A stretch of DNA of 64,000 nucleotides from Oopsacas minuta (taxonomy: Eukaryota; Animalia; Porifera). The stretch lies in contig JAKMXF010000299.1 of the NCBI GenBank assembly GCA_024704765.1, positions 1 through 64,000 on the forward strand, given 5' to 3'. Each line of letters begins with the position of its first letter. The stretch's first letter is position 1. Of this stretch, positions 1 to 9,972 are shown piece by piece. Both the position numbers and the translations under genes were made by a program. Under the pieces are notes generated by a model. That model was not told where the DNA came from, made no database searches, and worked only from the letters and a program-made list of their open reading frames with translations.

Positions 1-70
1 TACATTATCCATTATCTGTAACAATAATTCAACATTCATACACATTATCCATTATCTATTTATCTCTAAT

Positions 71-235
71 ACTAGGAAGACACTCCATAACCCAGCTTTC
101 AATCCCAAAATCCATCCTTCACTGCTATCCACAAAGTCTACTTAGATAATCATGTCAAAGTCCATAGTCTACCATCTTCTTAGCCAGTTTTTATATAATA
201 CTAGCAAGACACTCCATTACCCAGCTTTCAATCCA
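71..235. repeat. Two copies of a ~35-bp direct repeat (ACTAG[G/C]AAGACACTCCAT[A/T]ACCCAGCTTTCAATCC) at 71 and 200
   Basis: Seen directly; 2 mismatches, 129-bp spacing. A shorter ACATTATCCATTATCT duplication also occurs at 2 and 42. Confidence 0.75.
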
Positions 236-248
236 GGACCTGTTCGGC

Positions 249-458
249 TATAAGACATGCTGGTTATAGGAACATGTTATTATCTATACCATGCTGGTTA
301 TAAGATTATATTCTTATATAAGCCATGCTGGTTCTACGAACATGTTCATATAACCAGCATGTCTTATACAAGAACATGTTCTTATATAAGACATGCTGGC
401 TATAAGAACTTGTTTGTATACAAGACATGCTGGTTATAAGAACATGTTCTTGTCTAAG
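249..458. repeat. ~34-bp minisatellite (ATAAGACATGCTGGTTATAAGAACATGTTCTTAT) with an internal inversion forming a 56-bp palindrome at 349-404
   Basis: Units visible directly (e.g. AGACATGC at 389 and 423, period 34). TATAACCAGCATGTCTTAT at 349 is the reverse complement of the unit. Confidence 0.85.
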
Positions 459-756
459 AAATTCTGGTTTACGTCCATTATTTCCAGTTCTGGACGATGT
501 TCTTATAACCTGCATTGACTGTACTACTTGTTTAATCTATTTTAGGAATGTTTTGTAGTATAACTATTCCATTACCCTATGCATTATAAGTACCATAATA
601 TTTAAAATATTCAAATCATCATTCTAAGCTCTTAATAATTTCCGAATCGATTAACATACATTATAATTCTTTTTCCAATCACTTCTTTAGCATTTCTAAT
701 GTTTCCAGGTTCTGTTAGATAGGAATTTATAGTGATAAGGTCTGGGGTTATTGACC

Positions 757-1905
757 AATTGAGAGAATTCTGTTGGAAAATTGAGCAGAGGTGAGTGACG
801 AATTGACACTATTCTGTAAGAAATTTGAACAGAGGTGAGTGAAGAACTGGGAGAATTCTGTAACAAAATTGGGCAGAGGAGAGTGACGAATTGAGAGAAT
901 TCTGACAGAAAATTGAGCATGGGTGGGTGGCGAATTGACACTATTCTGTAAGAAAATTGAGCAGAGGTGAGAGAAGAATTGGGAGAATTCTCTAACAAAA
1001 TTGGGCACAAAAGAGTGATGAATTGAGAGAATTCTGACAGAAAACTGAGCATGGCTGGGTGACGAATTGAGAGAATTCTGTTAGAAAATTGGGCAGAGGT
1101 GAGTGACGAATTGAGAGAATTCTGTTAAAAAATTGGGCAGAGGTGAGTGACGAATTGAGAGAATTCTGTAAGAAAATTGGGCAGAGGTGAGTGACGAATC
1201 AAGAGAATTCTGTTAGAAAATTGGGCAGAGGTGAGTGACGAATTGAGAGAATTCTGTTAGAAAATTGGGCAGAGGTGAGTGACGAATCAAGAGAATTCTG
1301 TTGGAAAATTGGGCAGAGGTGAGTGACGAATTGAGAGAATTCTGTTAGAAAATTGGGCAGAGGTGAGTGACGAATTGAGAGAATTCTGTTAGAAAATTGG
1401 GCAGAGGTGAGTGACGAATCAAGAGAATTCTGTTAGAAAATTGGGCAGAGGTGAGTGACGAATTGAGAGAATTCTGTAAGAAAATTGGGCAGAGGTGAGT
1501 GACGAATCAAGAGAATTCTGTTAGAAAATTGGGCAGAGGTGAGTGACGAATTGAGAGAATTCTGTTAGAAAATTGGGCAGAGGTGAGTGACGAATCAAGA
1601 GAATTCTGTTAGAAAATTGGGCAGAGGTGAGTGACGAATTGAGAGAATTCTGTTAGAAAATTGGGCAGAGGTGAGTGACGAATCAAGAGAATTCTGTTGG
1701 AAAATTGGGCAGAGGTGAGTGACGAATTGAGAGAATTCTGTTAGAAAATTGGGCAGAGGTGAGTGAAGAATTGAGAGAATTCTGTAAGAAAATTGGGCAG
1801 AGGTGAGTGACGAATTGCGAGAATTCTGACAGGAAATTGAGCAGAGGTGAGTGACGAATTGACACAATTCTCTAAGAAAATTGAGCAAAGGTTAGAGACG
1901 AATTG
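757..1905. repeat. 44-bp tandem satellite, ~26 copies (AATTGAGAGAATTCTGTTAGAAAATTGGGCAGAGGTGAGTGACG)
   Basis: Exact 44-bp period from about 1021 to 1790, degenerate at both ends; no unique spacers. Confidence 0.97.
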
Positions 1906-2481
1906 TGAATAAGACTTTAGCACTATAAGAGATAGATAATAGATGACCTTCGGGAAAGAAAGTGAAGGGATTAGACATATGAGAGTGAAGTAGAATGTAT
2001 ATTCCAGTTGAAAAATATTCCTCCAATTTATACTCTTTTCACTTGTGCAGGTGTTGCAAATTTTCAAATATTTTAGTTGTTGCAGTTGGTAGCTACGGAA
2101 ATAATATAGTTTATACTAAACATGTTGTGACACCTGCAACTCACCAACAAGTATATATACGATCAGAATTGAACATAATATTTAGAACATTCTCTTCTCT
2201 TTGTTTCTTCTCCATCTACTTGGTTTGAGACTCATCGTGGGAATTCCTGCATTTGATCGCGACCTGCAACTCTCGTCACTGAGCCGAACTTTAGGAAGTG
2301 TTTCAGATGTGTTCACTCCCAGCCAAGTTACTCAGCTACAACTTGAGGAAGTACAGAATGATTCATATTTTAAGCTATTAATTGTATACAAGCTCTTGTA
2401 ACGATCAGAGAAAATTCAATGAAATATACAATTGCATGATACCTTATATTAATGGGTTAGAATCTAAGATATATGTCTAAT

Positions 2482-2690
2482 AGCATTCCTTAGAAGGACA
2501 TTTCTTATAATGATAAGAGCATTCCTTACAAGGACATTTCTTATATTATATGAGCATTCTTTACAAGGACATTTCTTATAATTATAAGAGTATTTCTTAC
2601 AAAGACATTTCTTATAATTTCTGAGCATTCATTATACAGTCATTTCTTATAATTATCAGAGCTTCCCTACAAGGCATATTTCTTAATTTA
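2482..2690. repeat. ~36-bp degenerate tandem repeat, ~6 copies (AGCATTCCTTACAAGGACATTTCTTATAATTATAAG)
   Basis: Units start at 2482, 2518, 2553, 2589 and continue with decay. Confidence 0.85.
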
Positions 2691-2899
2691 GCTTAATTAT
2701 ATACATTTAATCACAACATATCCAAACAATCTACAGAGAGTTATTCAAAAGCAATGTCCTTGCTAATAATTATTCATTAGAATAGATGGCATTCTTTACA
2801 AATCTATTATTTACCTTATAGCATATTTTGATCATCGAATTGTAAGTCTTAAATTTGTCCAATTTTTATAGCTTTCCTGATTATCACTATCTCATACGC

Positions 2900-5308
2900 A
2901 TGATGAGTGACAAGGATTATGATTTACCCAAGCCCAGCCCTTGGCCTGGAATTGATTTCAATTTTCGCAGTATCAAGGATTCTTTCTCTAGATTCATCCC
3001 TCATAAGGATGTACCTTACACGCAGGTTATTTCGGAACCTGAGGATGATGGATTCAATGTCACTATCAAGCAGCATTCTGCTACTATGGACCATGAGCAG
3101 GGTGTTCGACTATCTGAGCACGATGATCAGCCGCCATCCTTTCATTCAGTGGGGGGTATCGGGAACAAATCTGTGCCAGCTGACTCCTCTAGTATTAGAT
3201 GGGAAAGAAATCTCAACAGGTGGAAACATGTGAAAGATTTGGATGATTTCTTTACGCGCATATACTTCTTTTGGATTGAAGGCGGCTATTTTCCTCTTGT
3301 TGTTAGTCAGTTTCTTGACCTGTTTCAATTCTTATTTATCTTTTTCATGATAATCTTCCTAATTTCTTGTGTTGATTATGCTAAATTAGTACAACCCTCC
3401 AATCCTGAAAATAAATTTAACACCCTCGACTTTATCCAACTCAATAACCTTCTGAATCCTCCTTTATCTGTTATTATCCTTCTTCTATTCGGCATTCCAT
3501 TTTGGATTTGGCGTACATTCAAAGCTATCTACAAGGCTATTATTTACTTGGATATTAGGAATTTTTATAAGTCAGCCTTAGGTCTTGACCCTTCAAAGAT
3601 TCGAAACTATCCTTGGACACTAATTGTAGAACGACTTCAAACCTTCCAACAGGAGGGAGACGGCTACTCTCTCCTTATCAAAAAACGAGAAATGAGCTCT
3701 TTGGATGTCTATCATCGTATTTTGAGGTTTGAAAACTTTATTGTAGCTATGGTGAATAGGAAACTTCTCCCGATGCACTTTAGAGTTCCAATTCTCGGAA
3801 AGCAAATATTTTGTTCTCAGATGTTACTGAAGAATTATACTTGGATTCTGTTTACTGCACCAGGTTCCCTTTTTCATCCAAGGTACCGCATCCTCGATGA
3901 AGTACGCTCGCCTCTCAATAAAGACCTCGTAGTGAAGAAGCTTTCTAATCGAATTGCTTACTTTGCTTTGTTCAATTTGCTTCTCTTCCCGTTTGTTCTC
4001 ATGTACCAATTCTTTTACTCCATTTTCAGTTATGCTGATCTTGCTCGAAAGAATCCCAGTGCCATGGGGCTTCGTCTCTGGAGCCTTCCTGCAAAGCTTG
4101 AATATCAGCATTTTAACGAACTTCAACATGAACAGCAACAACGATTATCTCGTGCTTATGTACCAGCTAAGAATTATTTACAGCTCTATAGCAGCCCAGT
4201 CATCAATCTTTTAGCTAGGCATTTTGGCTTCATAGCTGGAGCACTCCTTGCTCTCTTACTCTTCTTTGGATTTCTAAATGAAAATGTTTTCTTCACCGAG
4301 TATCTGATTAAAATTGGCTCGGTTTTGGGTATCGTGGTAGCCGTGTGTAGAGTCCTTGTGCCTCCAGAAGACTTGTTGTATGAAGAGCCAAAGCTTTTGT
4401 TAGCTGAAGTGCTCAAACATGTCCACTACATGCCTGATGATTGGAAGCTACATCCAGAAGCTCAGGAAGTTATGAAACAATTCTCTCAGCTCTTTCAGTT
4501 TAGAGCTATTCTAATTTTTCACGAACTCTTATCGCCTATCCTAACTCCATTCATCCTATACTTCGCTCTACGGAAGAGATCGTCTGAAATTATTGATTTC
4601 TTCCGACAGTTCACTGTGGATGTAGAGGGCCTTGGTGATGTCTGTAGCTTCGCACAACTTGATTTACAGAGACATGGTGACGTGGAATGGGTTCAGGTTG
4701 AGGAAACGAGTCAATTACCCCGGCAGGATTCTGATATTCATATCATGGAGGCTCCTTCAAGTAGTATTGCTAAGAATGGTAAAACAGAGTTGTCCTTACT
4801 AAGTTTCTCTGTACGAAATCCCAGTTGGAAACCTCCCACGCAGTCTCATATACTTTTGAAGCATTTGAGGGATGACCTTCCTGTGTTCAACAGTGATATG
4901 ATAAGAAGCACTCTATCTGATCCGACTAACACTCTGCCCATGTTAGACCCCTCAAATTATATACAACCACCTCCCAAATCTACGAATAGCTCCACATACC
5001 AAGAGATGCAGACCAGCAGACAGATAATGGCTCTGCATCGGATGCACGAGACACAATCTTCTTTTAAACCAACCAGCAGTATGTTTTTCGGTAATTGGAA
5101 CATGCCTTTTCTCCCTCCACAATCGCCTGCCAATTCTATTGTTTCAGAGACTGAGATTGTGGATCCTTCAAATCGCCAAACGCCCCTACTTTCAACCCCT
5201 GTGCTGAACTCAGAACTATGCGACTTGACTGAGCCTCTCATAGCCTCCCTCGATAATAAAGTACTCTCTAATTCGCCTAGACACCTGTCTACCTCTAATG
5301 ACAAATAA
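2900..5308 (+). CDS. ATG9: Autophagy-related protein 9 (lipid scramblase), single exon
   Basis: Motifs 'W.HVKDLDDFFTRIY', 'LDVYHRILRFENFIVAMVN', 'HFNELQHE..QRLSRAY.PA..Y', 'VEGLGDVCSFAQLD..RHGD', 'GKTELSLLSF...NPSW'. First ATG at 2900 (ORF track starts at an upstream TTG). Confidence 0.96.
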   Translation: MMSDKDYDLPKPSPWPGIDFNFRSIKDSFSRFIPHKDVPYTQVISEPEDDGFNVTIKQHSATMDHEQGVRLSEHDDQPPSFHSVGGIGNKSVPADSSSIRWERNLNRWKHVKDLDDFFTRIYFFWIEGGYFPLVVSQFLDLFQFLFIFFMIIFLISCVDYAKLVQPSNPENKFNTLDFIQLNNLLNPPLSVIILLLFGIPFWIWRTFKAIYKAIIYLDIRNFYKSALGLDPSKIRNYPWTLIVERLQTFQQEGDGYSLLIKKREMSSLDVYHRILRFENFIVAMVNRKLLPMHFRVPILGKQIFCSQMLLKNYTWILFTAPGSLFHPRYRILDEVRSPLNKDLVVKKLSNRIAYFALFNLLLFPFVLMYQFFYSIFSYADLARKNPSAMGLRLWSLPAKLEYQHFNELQHEQQQRLSRAYVPAKNYLQLYSSPVINLLARHFGFIAGALLALLLFFGFLNENVFFTEYLIKIGSVLGIVVAVCRVLVPPEDLLYEEPKLLLAEVLKHVHYMPDDWKLHPEAQEVMKQFSQLFQFRAILIFHELLSPILTPFILYFALRKRSSEIIDFFRQFTVDVEGLGDVCSFAQLDLQRHGDVEWVQVEETSQLPRQDSDIHIMEAPSSSIAKNGKTELSLLSFSVRNPSWKPPTQSHILLKHLRDDLPVFNSDMIRSTLSDPTNTLPMLDPSNYIQPPPKSTNSSTYQEMQTSRQIMALHRMHETQSSFKPTSSMFFGNWNMPFLPPQSPANSIVSETEIVDPSNRQTPLLSTPVLNSELCDLTEPLIASLDNKVLSNSPRHLSTSNDK

Positions 5309-5522
5309 GCTTTATGTGTGTATGGCATTGGTATTCTTAATTGCTTGTAATTTGGTTGCACACAATTTATGACACATGTGTATGTATGCGGATTGTATTT
5401 GTACTTTATAATCATTTTCTTACTCATTTTACTTCAAGCAATAATATTCGTGTCGTTCGTTTGCTTATTTTATTTTAAAGTATATTTCTATGATCTGTAT
5501 TTGTATATTTTGTGTAGCATAC

Positions 5523-6998
5523 ATGGATTCTACTCAAAAACCTCTTGTCATTCCTCCTGAGTACTCAGCTTATGCGGAGAATCATTCACTATTTGCCTTT
5601 TTCCGAAGTGTCCTGGAAGAGCTCAGCATTCACAAACCTAAAGACCCACTACAAAGGATAGTTGAAATTTGTAAGCGTAAAGATCACAAAATAGTAAGAA
5701 TATTTGTATTAGGCCCTCCCTCATCTGGCAAGAAGACATTGGGCAAACAAATAGCTCGTAAGTTAAAATGCAAATTCATTGATCCAGAAATAATCTTCAA
5801 GGACACCGATAAAGGGGAACAAATCAATGAGCAAATTGAAAAAGGAATTCCTCTTACTCCACGCCAAAAGACAAACATCATTTCTCAATATCTACGCAAA
5901 TCTGACTTATTGACGAGAGGTATGGTAATGTCTGGGTTTCCTACAACTCCCGAGGAAGCTCGTCTTCTCCAGGCAGAAGGTGTTTTGGCTGATCACATTA
6001 TATTTCTTGATGGGACCAGATCAGTGCTACAAGAGAGATCAGATGGTAAACGGATAGATTCCCTAACTGAAGATATATACCACTTTCCATTGAATATGCC
6101 AGACAATCCTGACGTCACAGCTAGACTGAGAGAAGTTCCTGATGCAAGATCTGTCTTTGAAAGACAGTGGACATCCTATTACAGACATTTGGACAGTTTG
6201 CAACAGTGTTACGATTTTCGAGATAAACCTCTAAAGAATGTATACAGCGTATTTAGCATTGATCAGCCCCTCCAGTCTCTAGCCTCTCAAGTTTTTGAGT
6301 TTCTTTCACAGAATGCCTTCCGTACCTTGTCGCCTGTTGTCCCCCGTGTACTGCTGTTGGCCGCACCAGGCGCTGGTAAGAATACACAGGCTGCCATGTT
6401 ATCAGAGAAGTACAACCTTGTCAATATTGATTTTGATCTTATTCTGAAGGAGATTTACCAAGGAGGAGGAGCTCTGGCAGAAAGAATGAAGTTATTCGTC
6501 AACAGAAATTTGCCTCTACCAACTGAATTGCTTATCAAGGTTTTATTGCCAAGGTTGAGCACTCTTGATGCCGCCAAAAGGGGCTGGGTATTGCATTCAT
6601 TCCCAAATACGGGAGAAGAAGCACAATCTTTGATTTCAGAAGGTGTTCTCCCGAACAGAGTAGTTTATCTTGATGTAAGCAGAGATGTGGTAATTGAACG
6701 CTTAACTCTAAGACGAATTGACCCAATTACTGGCCGTACTTATCATACCCTATACAACCCTCCGCCTAATACACGTATTAGTTCTCGCACTCTTGTCCAT
6801 CCTCAAGATGAAGCAGATGTAGTTACTCAGAGAATTGTTCGGTTCGAGTCATATCAGTCTGAAATACAAGAAATGTATGAGATGATAAGTAAGCATATTA
6901 ATGGGGAGCAAGATCCTCATGCTGTGTTCGAGTGTGTGGAGAACTTTATCGTTAATGAGCTATCCCACCCTTACGACCAGTCAGAGATGGATATATAG
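5523..6998 (+). CDS. AK8: Adenylate kinase 8-like (N-terminal Dpy-30/RIIa-like segment plus two AK domains)
   Basis: 'IPPEYSAYAENHSLF..F...LEEL.IHKPKDPL', P-loops 'LGPPSSGKKT' and 'LAAPGAGKNTQA', lids 'RIDSLTEDIYH' and 'RRIDPITGRTYH'. Confidence 0.9.
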   Translation: MDSTQKPLVIPPEYSAYAENHSLFAFFRSVLEELSIHKPKDPLQRIVEICKRKDHKIVRIFVLGPPSSGKKTLGKQIARKLKCKFIDPEIIFKDTDKGEQINEQIEKGIPLTPRQKTNIISQYLRKSDLLTRGMVMSGFPTTPEEARLLQAEGVLADHIIFLDGTRSVLQERSDGKRIDSLTEDIYHFPLNMPDNPDVTARLREVPDARSVFERQWTSYYRHLDSLQQCYDFRDKPLKNVYSVFSIDQPLQSLASQVFEFLSQNAFRTLSPVVPRVLLLAAPGAGKNTQAAMLSEKYNLVNIDFDLILKEIYQGGGALAERMKLFVNRNLPLPTELLIKVLLPRLSTLDAAKRGWVLHSFPNTGEEAQSLISEGVLPNRVVYLDVSRDVVIERLTLRRIDPITGRTYHTLYNPPPNTRISSRTLVHPQDEADVVTQRIVRFESYQSEIQEMYEMISKHINGEQDPHAVFECVENFIVNELSHPYDQSEMDI

Positions 6999-7150
6999 AT
7001 TCCTTTTTGTGTATAACCAGTAATATCACTTACCTACTTATTCGCTCTTGTAATTGATATTATATTTAACTCTCTTATATTTAATATTTGTTTTATTGCA
7101 TTTAAAAATGAATTTACTTGTAATCTTTCACTTTTCTCAGTCTACCGAGA

Positions 7151-7786
7151 ATGTTCAATTATGAATCTCCACCACACTCTCACACCTCTATCATGGCAGT
7201 ACAATACGATAAAGGAGTTTTGGTGGGAGCTGACTCCAGGACCAGCTCTGGAATATACGTAGCTAATCGCGTATCTGACAAATTGACTCAGATTTCAGAT
7301 CGTATATTCTGTTGCCGTTCTGGTTCTGCTGCACACACACAGGCTATCGCTGACTTTGTGAAGTACGGGCTTGAGATGCATTCCACAGAGATGGGAAAGC
7401 CTCCTTTGGTCCACACTGCAGCTCACCTCTTCCGCTCTACCTGCTATGAGTACAGGGACCAATTCACAGCTGGAATTATTTGTGCTGGTTGGGATGAATT
7501 ACGTGGAGGACAGGTCTATTCAATTCCTCTGGGAGGTATGTGTGTTCGTCAGCCGCTGACAATTGGTGGTTCTGGGAGTACATATATATACGGATTCTGT
7601 GATGCGAACTACAGAGAAGATTTCACTAGAAGCGAATGTATGGAATTTGTCCAACGAGCTCTCGCTCTTGCTATTCGTAGGGACGGATCAAGCGGTGGCG
7701 TTATCAGAATTGTTTCTATTGAGGAGGGAGGAATAGAGAGGTTCCTATTCACGAGTGAAGATTGCGCTCTGTTACAGAATTTCTAA
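7151..7786 (+). CDS. PSMB6: Proteasome subunit beta type-6 (beta1)
   Basis: '[34 protein letters not shown]', 'CRSGSAA', '[11 protein letters not shown]', 'RDGSSGG'; Thr1, Asp17, Lys33, Ser129, Asp166 and Ser169 equivalents present. Confidence 0.95.
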   Translation: MFNYESPPHSHTSIMAVQYDKGVLVGADSRTSSGIYVANRVSDKLTQISDRIFCCRSGSAAHTQAIADFVKYGLEMHSTEMGKPPLVHTAAHLFRSTCYEYRDQFTAGIICAGWDELRGGQVYSIPLGGMCVRQPLTIGGSGSTYIYGFCDANYREDFTRSECMEFVQRALALAIRRDGSSGGVIRIVSIEEGGIERFLFTSEDCALLQNF

Positions 7787-8007
7787 GTGTTTCTATTTAG
7801 GATTAGTGAGATTATACTGGTATACCTTTGAGTTAATTCTCTTTAGTTTATATCACAGCCGTTGATTACATAAATATAAATATTAATATATGGATGCATT
7901 GAAAGTCGAGTAAGCACGCTCCCTCATTAATCAAAACCAGACGAAATTTTGTTCATTATAACTGTAGATATGTGTAACTTTAATTTTAACTCTGTTTCTC
8001 TTAAGAA

Positions 8008-9576
8008 ATGGCATTTGTACAGCATTATAGGTGTGGTGCTGTCGTTCTTCAATCCACAGTTAATCTCATTCAACAAGTGATAAAAGCAGCAGATTTTATC
8101 TCTGACACATTGTACCTCCCTCTTCCCTTATTACCTAATCCCAGCAGTGATATCGCCACCAACCACAAGGATACTTTGCTAGAGCGACAAACTTCCTATA
8201 TTGAATATTTGAGTAACTTATTTCACGATTTCAGACAGATTATTCCTAAATTAGACATCAGAGTACTCGTACCTATTCTTCCAGGAACCTGTCCCGCTCC
8301 ACTATCTAGACCTATCGAGGTTATCGTCTCTTCTTACCCAGACATCTCTCAAACTGAAGCAAGTCCTACTTATCGCATCCTTTCTGAACGGATTCTTTCT
8401 CACAAATATATATTCCTCCCAGAGACAACAATTAGCAAAACTTATTTATTTCAAGAGACTGACATTTGGCATGTTGGGTGTCATAAACATGCAGTAGTAG
8501 GTGGTACATTTGATCATCTGCATCAAGGGCACTACCTCTTACTAGCGGCTACTGCTCTCTATAGCTCCTCGTCCTGTTTGGTGGGCGTCTCTTCTGGCCC
8601 TTTACTGAAAGATAAAGTCCTAAGAGAACTTGTTGAGCCGTTAGAGCAGAGATGTATCAAGGTAAAAGAACTGTTACAAGATATGCGACCAGGTCTGAAG
8701 CTTGATATCGTATCTATTACAGATCCTTATGGACCTAGCATCACTGAGACTGAATTAGATTGCTTGATTGTATCTGAAGAAACTCTAAAGGCCGGAGAAG
8801 CTGTGAACAGGAAGAGACTAGAATCTGGAATGTCCCAACTGTATATTCACAAGATTCCAATAATCGCAGGAACTAATAATAAACTATCTTCTACTCAGCA
8901 ACGGAATAACATATTAGGAATTTATAGAGAACAACCACCAACTCAGAAGCGCAAACAGAAGTGTATGCCTTACGTCATTGGACTGACAGGTGGTACTTGT
9001 TCAGGTAAAACCTCCATAGCCACTTATCTGGGTAGTAAAGGAGCATACATTATCAATTGCGACAGACTGGGACACGAATCATATAAATCAGGCACACCAA
9101 CCTTTCATCGGTTAGTAGAGAGCTTTGGAACTAGTCTTCTGGATCATAATGGCTCTATTGACAGGAAATCTCTTGCTAATATTGTCTTTTCTGACGCAGA
9201 TAAGTTGAATTTACTTAACCAGATTGTCTGGCCAGCTATTGCTGATCTAATGCAAGAATGTATAACCGAAGCTTTGAGAGAGGGAGTGAAAGTGTGTGTG
9301 GTGGATGCAGCAGTTATGTTAGAAGCTGGGTGGGAGGATAATGTCGACGAATTGTGGGTAGCATTTGTTCCAGAGAATCATGGAATTGAGCGGTTAATGC
9401 AAAGGAATGGACTGAGTGAAGAGACAGCTAGAGATAGGATATCCTCTCAGATGAACAATGAAGAGAAAATTGCACGAGCTAATGTCGTTATATGTTCCTT
9501 ATGGGAACAGGAGATCACAAACAAGCAGGTAGATTGTGCTTGGGATTCGTTGTTTGAAAGGATTATAAAATTGTAA
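8008..9576 (+). CDS. COASY: Bifunctional coenzyme A synthase (PPAT plus dephospho-CoA kinase)
   Basis: 'VVGGTFDHLHQGH' (HxGH), 'ITDPYGPS', 'VSEET..AG..VN..R', 'KLSST..R', then 'IGLTGGTCSGKTS' and 'DAAVMLEAGW'. Confidence 0.95.
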   Translation: MAFVQHYRCGAVVLQSTVNLIQQVIKAADFISDTLYLPLPLLPNPSSDIATNHKDTLLERQTSYIEYLSNLFHDFRQIIPKLDIRVLVPILPGTCPAPLSRPIEVIVSSYPDISQTEASPTYRILSERILSHKYIFLPETTISKTYLFQETDIWHVGCHKHAVVGGTFDHLHQGHYLLLAATALYSSSSCLVGVSSGPLLKDKVLRELVEPLEQRCIKVKELLQDMRPGLKLDIVSITDPYGPSITETELDCLIVSEETLKAGEAVNRKRLESGMSQLYIHKIPIIAGTNNKLSSTQQRNNILGIYREQPPTQKRKQKCMPYVIGLTGGTCSGKTSIATYLGSKGAYIINCDRLGHESYKSGTPTFHRLVESFGTSLLDHNGSIDRKSLANIVFSDADKLNLLNQIVWPAIADLMQECITEALREGVKVCVVDAAVMLEAGWEDNVDELWVAFVPENHGIERLMQRNGLSEETARDRISSQMNNEEKIARANVVICSLWEQEITNKQVDCAWDSLFERIIKL

Positions 9577-9972
9577 CTACAAATTTATTAAATTCGTGTT
9601 AGCGACATTAGTTAACACGAATTATTTACATTATAATAAGTTTAATTCACAAGCTGCAATTTCTATGTAAATACATTAATTGCTCTACTCACGGTTTATC
9701 TATACCAATAGTATATGCGTGTATAGCTCACACATCCCTTGCTAGATTGCCCTTTAGTTTCTACTAATGGGATACGAGCATTGGGTAAATATAGCCAATT
9801 TCAGGACTGCTGAACTAGAGACATTTACATCAGTTGTTAGCTTGGCAAAATTCTTGCTAGAAATCCTATTTATACAACGATTCTGTTTAATTTTAGCACC
9901 AAATCCATCTCTTCTAAAACCAAATATTCTCCTTGATCTACTGCTTCTTTTTTATATAGCTGGAAAAGCAGA

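Noticed and set aside
757-1905. CRISPR array
   Set aside because: Units are contiguous and near-identical with no unique spacers, there are no cas genes, and the context is eukaryotic.
257-2067. Short ORFs in the first 2 kb (257-439, 306-515, 696-1052, 748-1008, 1595-1888 and others)
   Set aside because: They are translations of tandem repeats, with periodic peptides and no family motifs.
1995-2401. Possible gene remnant between the satellites
   Set aside because: The frames I translated have frequent stops or no recognisable motif.
6841-6848. tRNA T-loop-like GGTTCGAG
   Set aside because: It lies inside the AK8 coding sequence with no cloverleaf around it; no tRNA or rRNA genes were recognised in the window.
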